Source: Nanobdellota archaeon | Lineage (GTDB): Archaea > Nanobdellota > Nanobdellia > Pacearchaeales > GW2011-AR1 | Length of the DNA stretch: 64,000 nucleotides | Direction of reading: 5' to 3' | NCBI GenBank assembly: GCA_038044205.1 | Contig: JBBTAN010000017.1 | Coordinates: forward strand, 30,027 to 94,026 | In this document: positions 59,341-64,000 of the stretch, piece after piece | How the letters are laid out: each line of letters begins with the position of its first letter | Numbering within the stretch: position 1 is the stretch's first letter | Made by a program: the position numbers and the translations under genes | The notes under the pieces: model-generated | Database searches by the model: none | Seen by the model: only the letters and a program-made list of their open reading frames with translations | Told to the model about the DNA's origin: nothing

Positions 59341-59613
59341 ATGAATAATACAACTATCCGAGAACTAAAAGAACTTTATATTCTTGAGGTTGAAAGAATT
59401 GCGAATAAATGTTTATATAAATACGATATTCCACAAGAGGTAAAAGAATATATTGATTCTCCATTGACAGCTTTAGTTGTTATTCTTTGTACAGATAGTG
59501 ATTATTGGAGAAAAAATAATGATGCAGTTAATGCTATGTGTTCTGATGTAATGAAATGTATGTCTAATAATTTATCTGAATCTGTTCTTTGTTTTGAATA
59601 TAGCGAAGAATAA
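59341..59613 (+). CDS. hypothetical protein, family R
   Basis: LKELYILEVERIANKCL..LTALVVILCTDSD. Confidence 0.6.
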   Translation: MNNTTIRELKELYILEVERIANKCLYKYDIPQEVKEYIDSPLTALVVILCTDSDYWRKNNDAVNAMCSDVMKCMSNNLSESVLCFEYSEE

Positions 59614-59630
59614 AAAAAAGGAGAAAGTAA

Positions 59631-59942
59631 ATGAAAAAGAATAAGTTGAATTTGTATAGACTTTGGGTTGATGAAAAAGATTATTATCCTGGTTTTTTTG
59701 ATTTTTGTGGGAAATATGAATCTGTTATTGTTTGTGCGAAGAATGAAAAGGAAGCTAAATTAATTACCCCTACTAAAGAAGATCAAAAATTACAAGATGA
59801 TGGAACATGGTTTTATGATCATGGATGGGTCACATCTCCAGATAAAGTTCATATCCAACATATTGGAGTTGCTAATGAAAATATAAAACCAGGTATTGTA
59901 GTTGCTTCTCTTGTTGGAGAAAGTGATATATATCCAGATTGA
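59631..59942 (+). CDS. hypothetical protein, family A
   Basis: YESVIVCAKNEKEAKLITP..VHIQHIGVANENIKPGIVVASL. Confidence 0.65.
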   Translation: MKKNKLNLYRLWVDEKDYYPGFFDFCGKYESVIVCAKNEKEAKLITPTKEDQKLQDDGTWFYDHGWVTSPDKVHIQHIGVANENIKPGIVVASLVGESDIYPD

Positions 59943-59964
59943 CATAAAATAAAGGAATAAGTAA

Positions 59965-60256
59965 ATGACAGATAAAGAAAAAGAAATTATTGATTCAGTA
60001 ACAATTAATTTTTATAGTTCTATAAAACATAAATATTGTTTAGATATAGAAAATATTGCTAAAAGTCTTCCGCCAAGCGATAGAGCAATACAATGCACGA
60101 AATATAGATAAATCATCTATTATTTCTCTTTTTATTCTTGCTTGTAGTAACAATAGAAAAGATTATGGAAGTGGTAATTTTAGATATGATATTTCTGATA
60201 TAGCTTTTGATACTATGTATGGGGACATTCTAAAAAAGGAGAAAGAAAATGAGTGA
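59965..60256 (+). pseudogene. family R paralog split by a frameshift
   Basis: the N-terminal part from ATG 59965 (..CLDIENIAKSL..) stops at 60111; the homologous remainder AIEQYNARNIDKSSIISLFILACSNN.. is in the +1 frame. Confidence 0.55.
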
Positions 60257-60527
60257 TGATGAAATGAGTGATGTTAAACCTGATTCCTTTTATGTTAATG
60301 GAAATATTGATGATATGAGGACTATTTATTTGAAGGATTTGGCAGAAATTGTAAAGAAAAGCCTTAATACTCCAATTCAGAATGTTGTAGAGGATTATAT
60401 TTATTCTCCATTTATGGCTTTATTTGTTATTGTTTGTAGCGAAACCAAAGATTATAGTAAAAATAATGTTGTTGAGGTTGCTCGCAATATTATTTATGAA
60501 GATGTGAAAAATTGGATAACCGAATAA
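60249..60527 (+). CDS. hypothetical protein, family R
   Basis: IYLKDLAEIVKKSL..FMALFVIVCSETKD. Confidence 0.6.
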   Translation: MSDDEMSDVKPDSFYVNGNIDDMRTIYLKDLAEIVKKSLNTPIQNVVEDYIYSPFMALFVIVCSETKDYSKNNVVEVARNIIYEDVKNWITE

Positions 60528-60542
60528 AAAAGGAAAAAGAAA

Positions 60543-60740
60543 ATGAATAATATTGATAGCATTAAACGTATTATTAAATATTTGTCAGGTAATGAAGATA
60601 TTGATTTAATTAGTACTCAAATAGAACTAAAAAATGCTTTGTCTTTTATTTGTAATGAATTTGAGGAAATTAGAAAATTGATTGAGAACAAAGATACCGG
60701 AGGTTTTAGTAGAACTGAATGGTCAGAAAAAAATAAGTAA
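60543..60740 (+). CDS. hypothetical small protein
   Basis: 65 aa with SD. Confidence 0.55.
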   Translation: MNNIDSIKRIIKYLSGNEDIDLISTQIELKNALSFICNEFEEIRKLIENKDTGGFSRTEWSEKNK

Positions 60741-60751
60741 GGAGAAAGAAA

Positions 60752-61279
60752 ATGACAAGTGTTGATCTTTGTCCAAGGATATATGTTGCTTCTCTTGCTG
60801 ATTACAATAATGGTAATCTTCATGGAATTTGGATTGATCTTGATGAAAATACTGATGTTGATGAAGTTTTTGAGAAGATTAATAAAATGCTAAGTGAATC
60901 TAAATATCCTGTTGCAGAAGAGTTTGCTATACATGATTATGATGATTTTGGAGGTATGGAAATTAATGAAAATGAATCAATTGAAAATGTAGTTGAAATG
61001 GCTAATTATCTTACTAAACATGGTGAAGCCTTTGCTCTTTGGTCTAATAATGTTGGGTTTGAAGGAGCTAAAGATAATTTTGAAGAGGCTTATGTTGGAC
61101 ATTATGATTCTAAAAAGCAATATGCTGAACAGTTTGCTGATGATATTTATTCAGCAAAGGATTTGGGAGAATTAGCTATTTATATTGATTGGGAAAAGTA
61201 TGCTGATGATTTGTTTAGTAATGATTATTGCGATATAGAAGGTAATAGATCTGGTATTTATGTCTTTCGTAACATCTAA
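60752..61279 (+). CDS. ardA: ArdA antirestriction protein (DNA mimic, anti type I R-M)
   Basis: CPRIYVASLADYNNGNLHGIWIDLDENTDVDEV..VAEEFAIHDYDDFGG..YIDWEKYADDLF..IYVF matches the ArdA family signature closely; highly acidic. Confidence 0.9.
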   Translation: MTSVDLCPRIYVASLADYNNGNLHGIWIDLDENTDVDEVFEKINKMLSESKYPVAEEFAIHDYDDFGGMEINENESIENVVEMANYLTKHGEAFALWSNNVGFEGAKDNFEEAYVGHYDSKKQYAEQFADDIYSAKDLGELAIYIDWEKYADDLFSNDYCDIEGNRSGIYVFRNI

Positions 61280-61285
61280 AAAATA

Positions 61286-61315
61286 AGGGCCAACATTAAG
61301 TTGGCCCCTATTTTA
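61286..61315 (+). terminator. rho-independent terminator-like hairpin
   Basis: agggccaac-attaa-gttggcccct followed by atttta. Confidence 0.6.
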
Positions 61316-61334
61316 ATAGAAGACAAATTTTCCC

Positions 61335-61369
61335 ATGCCCGGAGACAAATCTATAGCCATTCCTATTAT
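61335..61369 (+). promoter_or_regulatory. motif-1 element (ATGCCCGGA-N20-TATTAT)
   Basis: preceded by attttccc. Confidence 0.6.
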
Positions 61370-61413
61370 ATAGTAGAAATAAAACAATATACTTGTCAAA
61401 AAGGAGAAAGAAA

Positions 61414-61671
61414 ATGATTAATTCTTTAAATTCAAAGTTTGAATGTATTCTTATGGCGCCATCATTTGGTTGGTTTAGGCCAACATGTAGGCGTCCACAA
61501 TCGCCTTGGAAAATTGCACATTGGTATCTTAATAAATTGATTGAAAGAGGAGAACGTTTAGAAGAAGGTATTGATATTGTTATTCGCAAAATAAATAATG
61601 ATTTAGAAACACGTTTTACTATTGTAAAAAGTAAATGGAATAATAAATGGACTCTAAAAAAAAGAGAATAA
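61414..61671 (+). CDS. hypothetical basic protein
   Basis: ATG 61414 after SD aaaaaggagaaagaaa. Confidence 0.6.
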   Translation: MINSLNSKFECILMAPSFGWFRPTCRRPQSPWKIAHWYLNKLIERGERLEEGIDIVIRKINNDLETRFTIVKSKWNNKWTLKKRE

Positions 61672-61674
61672 AAA

Positions 61675-62091
61675 ATGAATAGAATTTCTGTTCCCGATAC
61701 TAATGTTAATATTGAATCAGAAACAATAGAGGCTTATTCTATTGTAACTAATCTTGGTCCTGATTTTGTTAAGAAGAGGTTGGATGAGACAAATGAAACT
61801 ATTAATGAATGGCAAAATAAACAAAAATATCATATTAAATGTATTAAAATAAATATAATTGTTGGTCTTATTGCTACTGGTTTGGCTTATCTATCCTATT
61901 ATTGGGCGCAAGATATTTGGATTACTATTGCTTTCTTTATTTTTGCCTGCCCTATGTCTATTTATTTTATTATTACAGATTATTATTTATATAAAATACT
62001 TGAGAATGGGATAAAAGTTCAGGCTGAATATAAAGACAAATGGTTGTATTATGATAGAATAATTAATAATTATATAACCAAGAGAAACTAA
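61675..62091 (+). CDS. two-TM membrane protein
   Basis: 138 aa; IIVGLIATGLAYLSYYW and ITIAFFIFACPMSIYFIIT. Confidence 0.65.
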   Translation: MNRISVPDTNVNIESETIEAYSIVTNLGPDFVKKRLDETNETINEWQNKQKYHIKCIKINIIVGLIATGLAYLSYYWAQDIWITIAFFIFACPMSIYFIITDYYLYKILENGIKVQAEYKDKWLYYDRIINNYITKRN

Positions 62092-62102
62092 AGGAGTAAA
62101 AA

Positions 62103-62444
62103 ATGGAGCAAGTCAATAAAGAAATTTTGGGAATGTGGAAGAATAAGGCTTTTCAAGTAATTGATTCTTTTTCTAAAATGGGAGATGATAGTTCAAATAG
62201 AAAAAGTTTTAGAGGAAAACTTGGTATTATCAAATCAAGACTTCAAGATATAGTAAATGGTAATTCTCGTGATGATAATAATGATTCTATGGAAATTCTA
62301 TCTGATCTACTTATTGACACTTCATGGGGACTATCTGAACCTATACACCTTGCTTTCTTTTTGTTTATAGGAATGAATGTTAGTCCAAAAACATTTATTA
62401 GTTATTGCCGAGCTATTAAAAATAATATTTATTCAATGAAATAA
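62103..62444 (+). CDS. hypothetical protein
   Basis: 113 aa with SD. Confidence 0.6.
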   Translation: MEQVNKEILGMWKNKAFQVIDSFSKMGDDSSNRKSFRGKLGIIKSRLQDIVNGNSRDDNNDSMEILSDLLIDTSWGLSEPIHLAFFLFIGMNVSPKTFISYCRAIKNNIYSMK

Positions 62445-62453
62445 GGAGTTACA

Positions 62454-62771
62454 ATGTATATTGCAAGCGTCAAATCACCTTGTGGACTTGGTAATTTTTC
62501 TATTAGTGGAGATGAAAAAGGTATTGCTAGAGCTATATATTATTTTCTTGGTTTTCTTATTGAGGAAAAGGAATTAGAACCCCATGTTATTACTATAGCT
62601 GATGGAGAAGGAAATTATTTTGAAGTGCGTTCTGAAAATAATTTGTCTAGGATAACTAAAGATATATCTACATATTTTGATGGACATGGAAGGGAAATAA
62701 CAAAAGAAGAATATTTTAAATATATGGAAAATGAAAATTTGTTCGTCATTCAAAGAATAAGGAGTAGATAA
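62454..62771 (+). CDS. hypothetical protein, family S
   Basis: GDEKGIARAIYYFLGFLIEEKELEPHVITIADGEGNYFE. Confidence 0.6.
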   Translation: MYIASVKSPCGLGNFSISGDEKGIARAIYYFLGFLIEEKELEPHVITIADGEGNYFEVRSENNLSRITKDISTYFDGHGREITKEEYFKYMENENLFVIQRIRSR

Positions 62772-62965
62772 TGGAACATGAATATAAAGAAATTAGGCAA
62801 ATGTGGGCAAGAAAAGAGAATGGTGAATTTATTAAACATGCAGATTGTAGAATTAGAACTTGGTCACATTCTTATAGTATTAGCATTGCCTTTCCTAATG
62901 AAATTGTAATTCCTATTCCTGTTGAAGTTACTACCATAATTAAAGAAACAAGAAGAAAGGAATAA
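62771..62965 (+). CDS. hypothetical small protein
   Basis: 64 aa, ATGA-type overlap. Confidence 0.55.
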   Translation: MEHEYKEIRQMWARKENGEFIKHADCRIRTWSHSYSISIAFPNEIVIPIPVEVTTIIKETRRKE

Positions 62966-62969
62966 TTTA

Positions 62970-63293
62970 ATGCTTATGTTGAAAGTGGAAAACTACTTTG
63001 ATGAAGAAATTGTTATTTGTGGAGATGAGTATGCAGTAGCAAAAAGTTTTTATTTTATTGCTTTGGGGATGAAAGAGAAAGATAGATTCCCTATGAAAGT
63101 TACTATAACTGACAATAAGGGGTATTATTACGAAGCTCTTATGACAGAAGAATTAGATGATAAAGGTACTTTACAATTTACACTATACGTAGTTGATGAA
63201 GATGGTCCTATTTATTATGGAAAGTCAGGAGAAAAGATTACGGAAGAACAATATGAAACTAATGAGTATGGATACGAAAAGGAGCAAAAATAA
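62970..63293 (+). CDS. hypothetical protein, family S
   Basis: GDEYAVAKSFYFIALGMKEKDRFPMKVTITDNKGYYYE. Confidence 0.6.
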   Translation: MLMLKVENYFDEEIVICGDEYAVAKSFYFIALGMKEKDRFPMKVTITDNKGYYYEALMTEELDDKGTLQFTLYVVDEDGPIYYGKSGEKITEEQYETNEYGYEKEQK

Positions 63294-63626
63294 ATGTCTT
63301 TTATGGAAAAGCAAGTTGAATATGGAACTTGGATTGAAGTTAATACTAACTGCGGTATTTCTTTTTTCCCGGCCGATCTACTCGATAATAAAGATATTAT
63401 TTATCTGAAAAACAATCCTGATGTTGATGATATTCCTAATCAACTAATAGATAAGATAAAGCAATATATTGAAGGTAATGAAATCTGGACTGTTGAAGTT
63501 ACTGATGGTTATGGCGCTAGGCTTTCCGCACCAGGTTATATGGATTGCACGGAATGGTCTGTCTTTGAGACAGAACAAGAAGCTATTGATTACATTGACG
63601 AATTTTATGGAGATGATGAAGAATAG
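63294..63626 (+). CDS. hypothetical acidic protein
   Basis: 110 aa with SD. Confidence 0.6.
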   Translation: MSFMEKQVEYGTWIEVNTNCGISFFPADLLDNKDIIYLKNNPDVDDIPNQLIDKIKQYIEGNEIWTVEVTDGYGARLSAPGYMDCTEWSVFETEQEAIDYIDEFYGDDEE

Positions 63627-63777
63627 ATAAAAATTTATTTAAATTTTGAATATCGGAATTTTGTTATGGTGATATAGTTAAGGTTGAAGTTAAAGCTCAA
63701 ATTGAACCGTTGAATAAAGAAATTATTGGTCTTAAAAATAGAATCGAAAAACTGGAAAAGAATAAGGAGTAAGTGAA

Positions 63778-64000
63778 ATGGGATACTGCGTTACTTGTGA
63801 TTGCAACGTTACTATTAATTCCGATAATATTAAGAATGTTCTTTCTATTATCAACAAAACTAATGGTGGTTTTTATAGAGATGACAATGAACCTTTTACT
63901 TCTATTATTAAAGCATTTTCCGTATGGGGATATTTGGCAGACATTGATGAAAATATGAATATTATCATTAATGAAAGAAATGCTGAAAAATGGATAGATG
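63778..64000 (+). CDS. family O paralog, partial at the window edge
   Basis: ATG 63778 after SD aaggagtaagtgaa; IIKAFSVWGYLADIDENMNIIINERNAEKW parallels IEEAFNTWGYDCFIEENGN.. of 33205; preferred over track ORF 63773. Confidence 0.55.
   Translation, partial: MGYCVTCDCNVTINSDNIKNVLSIINKTNGGFYRDDNEPFTSIIKAFSVWGYLADIDENMNIIINERNAEKWID

Noticed and set aside
63773-63958. 61-aa GTG-start ORF at the window end
   Set aside because: The frame starting at ATG 63778 has the proper SD spacing and is homologous to family O (32771, 33205).
1-64000. Genome-wide TAG (or TGA) stop-codon reassignment
   Set aside because: Many genes in this window end in TAG or TGA, followed at normal distance by an SD and the next ATG. 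Only one in-frame TAG (3266) was found, so recoding is not supported for this region. It remains untested for the rest of the genome.
1-64000. CRISPR arrays, reverse transcriptase/retron or DGR, integrase/att sites, transposases
   Set aside because: There are no regularly spaced direct repeats with unique spacers. The dispersed motifs are kilobases apart. No ORF shows RT, integrase or transposase motifs.

Overview
This window reads as one strongly AT-rich gene train, transcribed only from the + strand. By inference it comes from the accessory or early region of a large (jumbo-type) tailed phage that infects a low-GC host using Shine-Dalgarno (SD) initiation. I recognised no capsid, terminase, polymerase or cellular housekeeping genes. 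I count about 175 short, tightly packed or overlapping CDS. Nearly all have an AAGGAG-type SD 6-9 nt upstream. All minus-strand ORFs in the track look like antisense artefacts.

Recognisable content:
- Four tRNA genes: Leu-UAA, Lys-UUU, Met-CAU and a non-canonical Ile-UAU-like gene.
- Three homing-endonuclease-like genes next to the tRNAs. One LAGLIDADG gene carries an in-frame TAG.
- ClpP, a trypsin-like serine protease and two RNA-ligase-family enzymes.
- ArdA antirestriction protein, a DUF932 protein and a ParB-like nuclease-domain protein.
- Two ankyrin-repeat proteins, an XRE-type HTH protein, a type IV pilin-like protein and many Cys-rich zinc-ribbon proteins.

Most unusual signals (none of these could be tested here):
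1. Two related dispersed DNA elements: 12 exact copies of ATGCCCGGA-N20-TATTAT and 8-9 copies of CCAAYTGATCCGA-N19/24-TATTRT. They look like phage-specific promoter or shuffling cassettes.
2. GC-rich structured islands in intergenic DNA. These are a roughly 690-nt array of hairpin-closed elements after tRNA-Leu, a tandem structured repeat at 22.0-22.3 kb, and a UAAA-tetraloop hairpin family with compensatory changes.
3. Bimodal codon usage. A subset of genes is nearly free of TTA, AAA and ATA codons, which are the codons read by the phage tRNAs.
4. Extreme paralogy (about 23 families, about 60 genes), with several decayed or frameshifted copies.

Start codons were reassigned by eye from SD spacing and may be off. 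No database search, tRNA scan or RNA folding could be run.
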